A stretch of DNA of 63,992 nt, counting the filler, from Dimargaris cristalligena (taxonomy: Eukaryota), in assembly GCA_003614675.1 (NCBI GenBank). It is 6 parts of 6 records of this genome, joined end to end, with 100 filler letters (N's around TTAATTAATTAA, not from the genome) between each part and the next. Parts side by side here need not be neighbours in the genome. Positions count along the whole stretch, not along the records: positions 32,519 to 43,249 come from ML003159.1; positions 43,350 to 54,071 come from ML003160.1; 4 more parts are not named here. One strand, 5' to 3'. Position 1 is the first letter of the stretch. Each line of letters begins with the position of its first letter. The notes under the pieces are model-generated. The model was given only the letters and a program-made list of their open reading frames with translations. It did no database searches and was not told the DNA's origin. The position numbers were made by a program, and so were the translations under genes. This document shows, one piece after another, positions 35,501 through 48,134 of this stretch.

Positions 35501-37777
35501 ACAACCGGGCATGGAATTCAAACTCACCTATACCCATCCCGAAGAGCGAATGATTCGTCACCATTGGCATCAACTGGGGGGGGGGGAGTGGCCGCTAAAG
35601 ATTGGTCGATCCTAGTGTACAAGTGGTGTTTGTAGCCAAAAGACTTCCCGGATTTTTTTTTGATGAACTCCCTAACATTGGCCTGCCTGCCTGCTTTAAT
35701 TAACGAATGCTTTAGTATATTCCAATAGTTGAAAACATTTTACTGTTGCCAGGACTCCCATATGGTAATATAATCAACACTCAAGAAATGGATGACCTGA
35801 CGGAGTGCGATACGCATGTCGCCCGTACATAAATAATCAAACAGTACAGCTGATAAAATCGCCCATAGTCAAGCTACATGTGATGTGGTTCTACTAGTAC
35901 CAACTACACTTACAATTCGAATACGAAAAAAAGTGACAATATCGTCTAGTCAGTACCCGAATGTATTTGTATGGTGGTTTTATGATGTTGGAGAATGTCA
36001 AAACTAACCACGATCCTTTTCGAGCAACACTTATGGAAATACCTCAGATGCCGGTGAATTATTAACATAACGCTGGGTATTTCGGTATAGGCAGCGGAGC
36101 TCAACAAGGAAGCATTTGCTCGAAAAAAGATTGCCACATTACCAACCACTGGCTGGTAATCGACTAGGGGGGGGATTACTGTGATACACCGCTGGAGTAA
36201 TGGCCGCCTTTTTTCGGGCGACCTTCCTGGGTTCTCTCTATATGACAGCAAAACATGCCCATTCAACAATAGTAAGGCCATGTACTAGGACGTATAGAAT
36301 TCATTGGACGGGGCATTAAATTTGCCGTATAAAGTTTAACGGGTACTCTCCTCTTATCCAGCCTCGGTACACGTAATATTGAATGAGGCGAATGAATAGC
36401 TTATACTCAGCTTTTGATTACATGGCTGTCTAGAAAGACCTGGGTAAGAATCAGCCCAGCTGCATAATAGTTTAAATGGTAAGTGTATGGGAAATAGGAG
36501 TAGGATTCATTTTTAGCCAGTAGTTCCTGCCTCATTCTACGGATTCTTCGTCATGCAGCCTGGCTAATCCTCTGCCACCTTTAGTTGTTGTCAGATCTAA
36601 CTAATCCCCACCACCCCCCCTAGCTTTCACTATGAATATTGATAGACTCAAAAATGTTCCTTCATTCCAATTCACTTTTGATACATCTCGAATAGGCGAT
36701 AACGACGCCGATCATCGACCCGGCTCTTATTAGTATGATTCTAATCTGTGGTGGAGCACTAATGTAGACAAGGCAACGGTATCCGTCGAAGAGACACTAA
36801 GCGGGTCACTTTACCAGTTGTTTAATCCAAATGATCAAAACCAAGAGCCCTTGTTTCGGCTAGCCGAGACAGCCGTGTGACTTTATGGCCCAACCGCTCA
36901 GCCTCACTAATGATTGTCCCATTCATTCCCAATGAGGCCGATGTTCAAAAAAAAAGCCAGATATCAAATTTCAAGAACCTTTTGTAATAATTGAAGCTAC
37001 ATTTCCTATTTTGCAGGCTAAGTGGATGGGGAGCAATCCTTGGTAGGCCAATTCGAGACGAGTCCATAGCCTAGATAGCAGAATTTTGGAGAAATTGTAC
37101 CTTTAGTATATCGTTAAACCCGAGCAGTATTTCTCCTTAACCCCCCTTCATATTCTCCTTTCGTCAAATTAAGCATGGGTACCGCTCCTAAAATGGACCG
37201 CTAGTATTCCATCTATCATAAATCAGATGTTTCTGAGAGGATTTGTGGCGAATGAATTGACACAGTACCCCCACACGAATCCTTTGCCCTCACAGGCATG
37301 CCTATATTCATTCAGAAACCATACCTTCTTTTTGCGCCATTTGAAACATAATATCGTACTCCTTACTAAGAGAGCCTGATAGAGCGGATAACTTGGAGGT
37401 ATTAAATGCGACAACTTCCCCGCCTTTTTACATATTATCTAACACCATTCGTACTCACCAAACTAGTAGCACCTGGCCTACATCACTTAATTAATATATT
37501 ATAATCACTACTCATTACTACCCAGCATCACAAGTATAGGCTACATCGATACTCTATAGCTTTAACATCGCATTCTCAAATCTTACGAATCATCAGCAAA
37601 TTTGGAAGCTGGTCATTTGCTTAATTGCCTATAATTATTAATTTTCAACCATTTGAAAACTTCGAGTCCTTTCACGGCTTTTTCGGAGTCTTCTCATTGT
37701 TATCTCACCTAATCCTCAGCCAATCATTTTTACTTAGTTCCCTCTACCACTTCCCTATTATTGCCCGGCTATCCAAA

Positions 37778-38728
37778 ATGCAGTTCAAGGCACTGATATC
37801 CATCGCTTCTCTGGTCCTGGCTGGCTCCATGACTAATGCCCACGAATACGTCACCAGCCCCTGCATTCGCGGCAGCCCCGAGAGTGCCTGCCAGGGTAAG
37901 ACCGGTGCCCCCGACTACGACAGTGCCTCCCCTATTGCCTCGTTCGGCGTTGCCAGCATGCCCCTCTGCCGCTACCCCAAGGGCCAAACCGTGTCCACTT
38001 TCAAGGCGGGTGAAACCGTTACGCTAAAGATGAACAATGGAGCCCCGCACAAGGGTGGCCATTGCGAAGTGTCCATTTCCCTCAATGATAAGGACTTCGT
38101 TTCCATCCGTACTATACTTACGAAGTGTATGGTGGATGCTGATGGTCTGAATCTTAAGGCGGTGATCCCCCAGAGTGCCCCAACTCTCGCCAAGGCCACG
38201 CTGGCCTGGACTTGGATTAACGCTGAGGGCAACCGGGAGTTCTACATGAACTGTATCGATATTTCCATCGAAGGGGTGGCCGGTGGTTCCATTGTGGGTC
38301 CATTCATTGTGCTGGCCAACTACCCTGTCAATGGCCCCCCTGTCATGATTGGTGAATTCGAGTACGGTGCCGACCCCCGTCTGGATCTGTACAATAACCG
38401 TCCGCAGGTAACCTTGACCGCCAATGGTATTGCTAGTGGTGGCTCACCCCCGGTTGCCATTCCCATCACTACTACCTCCGCGACCACCAAAACAACCGCC
38501 GTCACCACCCCACCCCCGACTACTACAGCTACAACTCCGATTGCCTCCAGCACCGCGACTCCGGCCTCCACGACCAGCAAGACTAAGGACACGGTGACTC
38601 CTAAGCCGACCCCCACGACTACCCGCCCTCACCTTATGGCCACTTCCACTTCGACTGCCACGTTCACTTCGAATCCCCGCAATCATCACCAACACCAGTA
38701 CCAGCACCAACACCGCCGTCAGCATTGA
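37778..38728 (+). CDS. Secreted AA11-type lytic polysaccharide monooxygenase, copy 1 (316 aa) with Thr/Pro-rich tail
   Basis: Signal peptide MQFKALISIASLVLAGSMTNA followed directly by His1; second His in GAPHKGGHCEVSIS; AWTWINAEGNREFYMNCIDI carries the axial Tyr. These are AA11 family motifs. Confidence 0.88.
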   Translation: MQFKALISIASLVLAGSMTNAHEYVTSPCIRGSPESACQGKTGAPDYDSASPIASFGVASMPLCRYPKGQTVSTFKAGETVTLKMNNGAPHKGGHCEVSISLNDKDFVSIRTILTKCMVDADGLNLKAVIPQSAPTLAKATLAWTWINAEGNREFYMNCIDISIEGVAGGSIVGPFIVLANYPVNGPPVMIGEFEYGADPRLDLYNNRPQVTLTANGIASGGSPPVAIPITTTSATTKTTAVTTPPPTTTATTPIASSTATPASTTSKTKDTVTPKPTPTTTRPHLMATSTSTATFTSNPRNHHQHQYQHQHRRQH

Positions 38729-41700
38729 TTGGCCCTGGTGGCCTTGATCAGACTTCTATCTTGAGTTCAGGTGCAAAGTGAACTTCAAGATGGTGATTTC
38801 CCGGTCCATTTTTCTTATATATACCAATATCTATTATACTGACGACCTTTTGCTTTTGCCGATACCATCATATCCCTGATGTTTAATGACTAAATCACCT
38901 AATCAAGAATACCTCGTTATAAATATGATATATATATAAATGGGTATCTCCTTTAAAATTCGGGGCCGTAATATGGGCATTACTGTTGAGGGAGAAGTGG
39001 CTACAAACCAGCAACACCGATAGATAACCGGAGGGTGTGTCCCCGCAAAATTCCCTGCCACTAAATACCAGAGGCACCGCCTCCACTCTGGTAGCCACAC
39101 CAGATTTGGTTCACGCCAATGTTCTTGAAACAAGTTTGAGGCATCATGTATCTTTCTCGAGGATGCGGGCCATTGTTGTGCCATTCAGACTATCAAAGGT
39201 CTCCACCAGCTTGGTTGTTTTTCGGGGGCAAACATTGAAACAGGGATGGGCTTCTGGCGGTTTAACATGTGCCCTAAATGCACAATGACCGTGTGAAATA
39301 TTCACCACCAGTATTCTGGTATATACAATGGTGCTTATTCCTCAGGGCAACATACAACATGAATACAGCTTCCGGAAATGATAAGATGGACCTAGGCTTC
39401 GCTTCCTAAGTTGGCCAAGCCCAGTGTCTCAAGATAAGGATCATAGTTATATATTAGCCCTTTGCCAAATAATGTGAGAGAAAGCAGGGGGAAAGCGCCC
39501 AATAATGAGCAAGAGCGTCAGAGATATTTGCCACTGAGGTACTTGTCCAATAGGGCTCAAATGATTGGCGGACTGACACAGTGTATTCTAGTTGTGCGTA
39601 TCCAGCGGTTTCGGATGGAAATTTCCCTCCATAATGAGAAGGACAGAGTAAATGCCTATGTTGGCTTAATAGTAAATGGATACCGATGGTAACTCGGCAC
39701 ATGGGCTAAACCAACTACCGCTTCACATCATACATTCCGCCCCCCCCTTCAGGACCATTTTTTGATTGGGAAGACCTCAAGGAAGCATCGCAACTCAGTC
39801 TGCGGCGGATCGTGGTTGGCCCGTTTTCTCACCAAGAAGATACTCTGTGTTGTTTTTGTCGAACTACCGTAGGTCTAATCGAAGCAGGGGGGTAAAGGGG
39901 GACTGGCCATGCTCCGCTATTTGGGGCATGCTTCGGGTGTGAGAGGCAAGGGCCTGTTGGTCAGTTTTTTGCCGCCGTCGCTCTTATAACAGCAGTTTGG
40001 GCTTCGTTTAATAGTGTAACTACGTTCTTTATGGCCGACACAACTGTCCTGGTAAGTTTATCTAGGCCGGGTATCCAACGGTGCCCTTTTCGGTGCGTAT
40101 TCTAGTTCATTTAATAAAATTGTATGTGAGCCACCCATGCTGATGTAGGGGGCTGGGTCTCTGGTGAACTGACAAACCTCCATCGCCCCCCTCCTTCCCC
40201 AACCACTTTTTAATATTAATCAATAGGAAATAGTGGACTATGGGGAATCGGTAGGATTTACCCTATTGTCACTTCTGTACGGTACAGCTATGGGCGTAAC
40301 CTATGGCCGCTCAATCAGGTTGGCCAAACAGTTGCCAAATAGTGGGCTTCAGAGAAAAGTGCGCCTAGAGGGATTCATTTGCCCCTTTAATGTGTTTTAC
40401 GGATGGGCGCGAAAATACAACGGACTCTCAGGGAGCTTCGTCCAAATTAGGTACGGGTTGCGGGGAAAGATAAGAGAACGCCATGTCGTATTCGCTAGCT
40501 CAATAGCTTCCAATAATAGTGAATATACCCGTTTACTATAGACATGTTAATATTGATGACTATTATTCTAGGAAGGATTCGAAATCGCATTCTTCATTGC
40601 ACTATACACATCGGTGCTTAAACATCCACTACTCTCAAACGAGAACAACAACACTGGTAATGTTATTACATTCGCCATAGTTGATAAGCCAAGGAGTGTC
40701 GTGGTGCCAATCCACCGGTTGGCATTTTGGTGCGAATAAACCCCGCACCTAATACGGTTTCACTGGGAAACATCCTCGGAGGAGAGATATGCCGATAATG
40801 CCTCCTTCCCTATCCAGGATTATTAATTGTAAGCCACTGTTTATTTACCCGCTCTCAGTGTACCATTGGTCCATCCGCAATATAGTTGAATTTTGACTCG
40901 CCTAACCATATGCGGTAGTGATGGGCCACATCAGGGGTAGCCATTGGACCTGAAGCGTTTACTCATTAATTCGGTGGGTTGGCGCTTCAGACTAGCAGCC
41001 ATTGCGGGGATGATCCTAAAGACGATCCCCTTCACCTTCTCAGCAACTGGTTGTCCCACTTGGGGGACTAGGTTTGGCCTCCTGCCTCCGAACTCCAAGC
41101 TCCAAGCGAACATCGGCCATGGGTGGCATCCAATGGCTCAAGGCGTTGAATGGGTCAGTCTCACATTCATCAAAGATGCCCAAGGGTTCGACATGGTATG
41201 AGGGTGGGAGCGTGGCGGATAGGGTGAGTTGAATAGTCGAATCTTCACCAGGGAAATCTTACCTTAATGTGTCGAATATAGCGCTAGGCGGAAGCGAAAA
41301 AGAGTGTCGGGAGACTCAAATCCCTCTAGCTTTTCTTCCATTTTTTCTGTAGATACAGAACCGTGAATGTGGTCAATGCGATCCACGTCACGGGCATGAT
41401 TTTCAGGCCTTGGGGTGGTGGCGGAATGAGGGACGCAACAGCGTGATATATCCCTCAAATATGAATTGATAGGCCAGGCCAGAGACATACCCATTCGCCG
41501 TCGCCTCTAATGCATCAAATGGCTGTTAGAATCTATATTAGTGGGGAGGAAATGGTTATAAATACCCTCGGGGTCGCCCCCTCCAACGATTCTTTAATAT
41601 ACTGTTCTGTATTCCACATCCACTGAAGCGTAGCATCTGGTCTGTTCCTTCACTTACTTTTCAACCCCATATTCCTATATTTACCCTGTTGTGTTTCGGT

Positions 41701-42285
41701 GGCTAATATTCAACGCTAGTTTCGTCGTCCATCAGTTTCTACTACAATTAATTTTTTAGTAACAATCTTTCCAATCCTCCTCCATATTGATATCCTGAAG
41801 CTGTGCTTTTTGGACATCGTATTCCTACTCTGATTCTTACTAACATTATTCGTTGTACGAACCTAATCTACTCATATATCAGTTCTTACAGCTGGCTTAG
41901 TGCTAATTTCTACAGTTCACCACTAGTCAAATTCTACTAACCAGTATTTCTTAACTGTTTGGGTCTTCATTCCTAGTCGTATCCTTCTCAACCAAGCTTT
42001 CAATTTATAATTTACATCCCCCCTCTATTACATTCGTTATACTGGTTATAACGATTTTGGGATTCTAAGCTTATCTACATCATCTTATAACTACTCAGTT
42101 ATTTCTACGGTTTTCATTCCACTCCGGCAGCTGGTTTGAATTCTTTTGTTCTACGTCCTCAACATAATTTGTTTGTGATTTCTATCTCGGATATATATCC
42201 ACAGGTAATTCTCCATAGTTCATTTCCCTGAACCAATTCCCACCCGTAATTCACCACGCCATCTATCCGATTTTCTGCTATAATC

Positions 42286-43249
42286 ATGCAGTTCAAATCC
42301 CTCATCACGATTGCCTCCCTGGCCATGGCCAGCTCCATGGTCAATGCCCACGAATACATCACCAGCCACTGTATTCGCGGTAGTCCCAAGCCCGAATGCC
42401 AGGGCAAGACCGGTGCCCCCGACTACGATAGCGCCTCTCCTATCGCCTCTTTCGGTGTCGCCAGCATGCCCCTTTGCCGTTACCCCAAGGGCCAGACCGT
42501 AGCCACCTTCAAGGCCGGGGAGACCGTGAAACTGGAGATGGAATACAATGCCCCGCATAAGGGTGGACACTGTGAAGTGTCCATTTCCATCAACGACAAG
42601 GACTTCGTTTCCATTCGCACTAAGACGATGACGTGCCTGGTGGATACCGAAGGCCTTTCCTTGTCCGCGGTCATCCCCGCCAATGCCCCTACTCTCCCCA
42701 AAGCCACCTTGGCCTGGACCTGGATTAACGCCGAGGGCAACCGCGAGTTCTACATGAACTGTATCGATATTTCCATCGAAGGTGTCGCCGGTGGTTCCAT
42801 TGTGGGCCCCCCCACGGTTTTCGCCAATTATCCCGTCAATGGCCCCCCCGTCATCATTGGCCAATTCGAACACGGTGCCGATCCCCGCCTGGACTTGTAC
42901 ACCGATCGCCCGCAGTTGACTCTGACCGCCAACGGCGTGTCCAGCGGAGGTGCTCCCGCCTCTACCCCAGTGGCCACCCCTACTGCCACCGCTAGCTCTA
43001 CCCCCAGTGACACCCCCGTCCCTACCACCCCCGCCGGTTCGTCCTCTAGTTCCGAGGTCGCCCCCCCCGCTGCCACTGGAACCACCTCGGTTGCTAACAC
43101 CGATGTGGCCCCTCCCGCTGCTACTGAAACCACCCCCGTTTCCAACACCGATGTGACCCCTCCTGCTGCCACCTCCACCCCGGCTTACAACGACACCGTG
43201 TCGCCTCCGGCCGCTTCTGAGACCACCCCCGTGGACAACACTACTTTGA
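42286..43249 (+). CDS. Secreted AA11-type LPMO, copy 2 (3' end cut by contig end) with repeated S/T/P/A-rich tail
   Basis: MQFKSLITIASLAMASSMVNA|HEYITSHCIRG...NAPHKGGHCEVSIS...AWTWINAEGNREFYMNCIDISIEG; the catalytic domain aligns without gaps to copy 1. Confidence 0.88.
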
Positions 43250-43349
43250 NNNNNNNNNNNNNNNNNNNNNNNNNNNNNNNNNNNNNNNNNNNNTTAATTA
43301 ATTAANNNNNNNNNNNNNNNNNNNNNNNNNNNNNNNNNNNNNNNNNNNN
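43250..43349. other. Artificial contig-joining spacer
   Basis: 44 N + TTAATTAATTAA + 44 N. Confidence 0.98.
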
Positions 43350-43697
43350 TTATTATTATCACCAGTTCTATTTTACTTTATTAGTTTCATCTATTCAGTT
43401 CGAAACCTCAGTATTCTCAAGTACCAAATTGATTACACTATTTGATTATAACGGTTTTTTTTTGATAACGTTTTTTTTTATTTTGACTTTAACAACTGAT
43501 GACGCGAGACGACGACATACAACGCGATGGACGACCCGAAACTCAGCGGCGACTTCCCCAAGGCCACCTCGGTCTCGACCCTCCCAAACCCAGAAAAGCC
43601 CAACATTCCGCACTACATGACAAAATATGGTGAGCCATCTAGCGGAAAGAAACCGGAGGTTCCCCCTCCTGCCAACTCTCCCAAAGGCATGCCAGCG

Positions 43698-44671
43698 GAG
43701 TCCCTCAAATTGTTGGCAACACATATTCACCCTATTATCTAGTTACTGATTCTTATTTATTAGGCATCACTATTCTCCCCCTGCCCCTTAAGTTTAAATA
43801 TAACCCCAGCCATTTCCCCACAGCTTGCTCTTTAGCTTACAACTTCTCTTTTGTTTTATCTTATTCTGCTATTTTATTCTAATAAAATCATTCCTGTCTT
43901 TCCAAGTCCTGTCTATCCAGTGGTACCTGATCTTAACACCAGCCCATCATAACAACAAAGTAACTGCCTTGAGGAACCTGCTGTCCTCTAGCTGTGTTAT
44001 TCCCTTTTACCCAGTTTTTTTTGACATTCCTTTAGTATTTATAATGGGACATCCCCAGAATAAGACTACTATTACATAACAATCACCCATAAGGCAGGGC
44101 CTGGTACTATGGTCATCAACTACCCAACCTGACCAACACTTGAGGGGCCCCTCTGTTATACCTTCTGATACTACCACCAGTAGGCTTAATTGACTCTCTA
44201 GTTCTGCCAGCATGTAAAAATACACAACTAGGTTATATTTGGTTACTAATTAGCCTATATTCAATTAGCTTATCCTAGCCAACCTGTATATATACCCACT
44301 CCCAATCAATAGTGTGTCCTAAGGTACATCAACATAATGATATCCACCCTTGTTCCCTACTGATAGGTCCCAGTTAAGCTAGCTCCTGATGATGTAATCT
44401 TAGATAGCCAATATACATGGACTCTATTACAGTATTAAAGTAATGAACCATCACACCAATTGATATATATTTTTATATGTATGGTAGGATTCAACCCTCT
44501 ATAATTTAGAAAAATGGATATTGAATCTGGCTTATCTAACTGAAAATACACCCATCTAAATACCACTGTTGATTTCTATAAACATTTTGCTGATCATTTT
44601 ATTATGTCACTTTTATTATAGCACTAAGGTATCTCCCTCCCCTTCTATACAGACTGTTTGGCCCTTAAATC
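43698..44671. other. CpG-free tract, probable decayed repeat or transposon relic
   Basis: By eye, no CG dinucleotide between the CG at 43696-43697 and the CG at 44672-44673, although C and G are common; no long ORF. Confidence 0.55.
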
Positions 44672-45967
44672 CGAGGTTGACCCTCTCGGTGGCCGGGCAC
44701 TTATCACCGCACTTTATGACAGCCTTTAGGTAAAACCTGTACCTATTTTCAATATTTCCGAATATATATTCATATTCCCACCATGCTTAATATTGCTACT
44801 CTTGTCAATTATGTCCGTATGCTCCGTTTGAACTATCCAATTGACCGCCTGTAAGGTAAGTACATAATCTTTTTCGGGCCACTTTCTGTGTTTAACCACA
44901 CTCCCCCTCCACTATATACTTAAACATTTCTTGAGTAATTCGGACTAATTACTGTATCATATTGCGTTCCTTTTTACTCAACCACCATAAACTGTCGGCT
45001 GCCGTCCGCCTGTAATACTTTGATGGTAGTGCAGTGGTTGTACAGGGTAGGTCCTTTTGATTCCGCTGTATAGCTTCCTCTTGCCTAGCCTGACTAACCA
45101 TAGTGTAGTGTATACATTGTACAGAATGCTAGCAACGATCCAAATAACGAGATGCATAGTATTTTTGTCGTCCCAAAACTATGGATTTAGTATGGGCTGA
45201 GTGGTTATGGGGACAGATATTGCAAACGACGGTATTAATATTTACCACTGGTATATTAAAGATTTGGTATGCAATTATTTTATACAGTAGGCACTGTGGT
45301 TGCGGGGTGCAACATCCAAAGGAGGGGTGCGGTTTTGGTGTAGGAACGGGCAAAGTGGGCTGTTGGCGGTGTTCACGGCACTGATTAGCATCTACCATGC
45401 TAGCTTACCCTATTTGTAATGTCCTATGATACCCATGGAGGGAGAGGACAGGCTACCAATAAGCAGCGAGGCCTCAAGAATACCGAATTAGGCCCTCGGA
45501 TCCCTTCCTGAAGTCACACCCGCCGAATAGCACAGGCAGCTTTCGGGAAGACATTTGCATATTGTACTACTTGGTTTCAGCGCCGAAGAGGACAAGTGGA
45601 AGCGGTTTACTATAATTGGAAAGAGAGCTGTCAAAATAATGAGCCGGAGGGCTGGATTTGGCGAAGCTTCCTAAGTTTAGATAATGGACATTGGGCAAGG
45701 TCAAAAGACCTGGGGCTCTATAAAAAGCTGGGTTGGGCCATTCGTCCTAAGCCAAAAAGTCGACTTTATTCAGTTTAATTTGTTACTGATACTAACGACG
45801 CTAAACCCCGCTCCTACACCGATTTATATGCCTACTTGATAATTTCCTTCGAATCAGAAATACATACTACTTCCTCTGGTCTTATTCATTAAACCAACAT
45901 ACGACGCCCCCACTTCCGAACATCTCTAACCGACCCGCCTCCCCCCCTCGGATTCCTACTGTTCACC

Positions 45968-48134
45968 ATGCTATCTAAATACGTCAACATACTTGGCCTA
46001 GCTGTGCTGGGCCTTGTGCTAGTTTGTCAGGATCAAATAGATAGAGTGGAGGGTGGACAACCCATGTCCAAATTAGTATCGGGCACCAAACCAAAGACCA
46101 CTCGCTCGTCCGGCCGCTCCAACGACACCCGGTCTAGCAACAAGACGAGAGATCATCGACGGCGTACTGAAGAACAGAGCGGGACCAACCCAACTGCCGC
46201 GGACAAAGAAGCAACACCGGGTATCCAGGCCGAATTTAACCGACTGATAATCAATGACGTGGAGCTTAATAAGCATCCGACAATTGTAGAAAAATTCCAT
46301 GATGTAGTTCATCATAAAGATTCCCGTCTATATGCAGAAATTATAGTAAGTATAAATTATAGTATTATCCAAATGTACCAGTCATGGCCGTATTATTACA
46401 GGATTTAACCCTAAAGCGCCGATTTATCTTTTTCGAAGCTGTCAGAAATGGGCTTATACTACCATGCGTCTGTCTCTATTAACCAGCTCTATATAGGACT
46501 ATACCCCAGGGATGACCAAGTTATAGGTTGGCAAAAAAAAAACACTAACCACATCCCCAGCTCTACGTATCCCTGACTACTCTCATTTCCAGGTATCCTA
46601 TCTCAAGCTTCGCCACGGTTTAAGGAAATACCGGGCCAGTGGTGTGTATGATGGTTCATGGAAACGACAAACGGCCCAAGATCGCCTGCTCTTTAAAGTA
46701 ACTATATCTCGCGATTTTATCGAAGGAGTTCAGGAAACATTTGATGCGTGGCAACTTCTACTCCATCACCAGCTGGCCGCCGGGTTTCGGGCCAGCGCTC
46801 TTGATATTTGTAAGTACACCTACGGTGTGAAAAAAGTCGCGGGCATTCCAATCATTTCCCCCCTGAGCGGCTCGGACGATTTTATCCGCGATCTTCGGCA
46901 AAAGATTATACCCAACAACCCCATTTTTGATTCCCGGGCATGGCGGTTTATTGATTCGCCGAGTCTGCACCATGATGTCCTAGCCCGGTACCTACCCTAC
47001 CTGGCGCTCGTCAATATTATGGCGGATATCTCCGGTATCCTGTTTGCGTTTGCCACTCTAACGGACCCGGCTTTGCAGCTTCTGCTCTACCGGGACTGGG
47101 AGTTCGCGCCCACGTGGATAACGGGGTATCCGGACGATCCCCTAAAGAGCGTGATCAAACTGTGGCGGGGCCTGCGGTACAGTCCCTCGCCGGATTTCGG
47201 GTATAATGACCTGTTCAGCAATCTGGCCTCCATCACCATGGCCCATTTGGCCCTGTCGGGTCGGCTGGCCCATTTCCAGCGATTCGTGGTCGGTATCAAA
47301 GCCATAGAGGCTAATCATAACCAATACGGACCCCGTTTGGACGTGGAATTTCGCCACGGCCGATTGGCCGTTATTTTAAGTGCCATGGTCCATGACGCCG
47401 AATTGGTGCAAATGCTACCCCATGAGTTTTTACGCGGTACGCGGGACCAACCCCGGCCTACCTACTTGGAGCATCCCAACTGTGTCTTGGCCGATGAAAT
47501 GCGGGAGTTGGGTTTGCTGAACAGCCTGGCTTTTCTGCAGTCTATTCTCCAGTGCCCCCAGCCCCAGGTCGAAGACGATGCACGTCCTACCGCGGCGAAA
47601 CCGGCCAATGGGTATCATTTACGGCACCTCCAACAACTGCGGCTCAGTGATGAGGGTGGGGTCCTGCGAATGGGAGTGCCCGTATATATCACTGTGTTTG
47701 ACCCCGATACCATGGACGAGCTGGCCGATTTGGGGCCGTGGTCCCATGATAAGTCGTGGGCGATGGATCAGTTGCTTGTTGATGAACAGTACGACGGGTT
47801 TTTGCAGCGTCCTGAGCCAGTGGATCCGGTCGAAAGCACGATGGACCCGCTGACCCAAACTGACCAGTCTAGCGTTACTGATATACCCCCCCTGGATGTC
47901 GAGGAATCCCAGACACCCGACCACGATCCCCCAGCTGAGGTAGTAATCCACCCCGACCTGGATGCTGCCGAGAGTTCGAGCCACCTGTCCCGACTACTAG
48001 AGGCTAGTAATGCGGATCCGACCTTCACTGGACAGTCCTTGGATTCGAACGTACTTAAAGATATTTCCTCCGACTATCTTTCGGAATCGAACTATGTTAT
48101 CCCCGAGATATCGCTGATCCCACCCAAGAATTAA
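45968..48134 (+). CDS. Hypothetical secreted protein (~639 aa), probably 2 exons
   Basis: Hydrophobic leader MLSKYVNILGLAVLGLVLVC. A GTAAGT donor at 46346 and a CTGAC...TTTCCAG acceptor at 46592 join 45968-46345 in phase 0 to the long open frame 46593-48134. Acidic low-complexity C-terminus; no family recognised. Confidence 0.7.

Noticed and set aside
46593..46600. GTATCCTA resembling a U12-type 5' splice site
   Set aside because: It follows a good U2 acceptor and begins the open frame of exon 2; it mismatches the RTATCCTT consensus and I found no matching U12 branch site.
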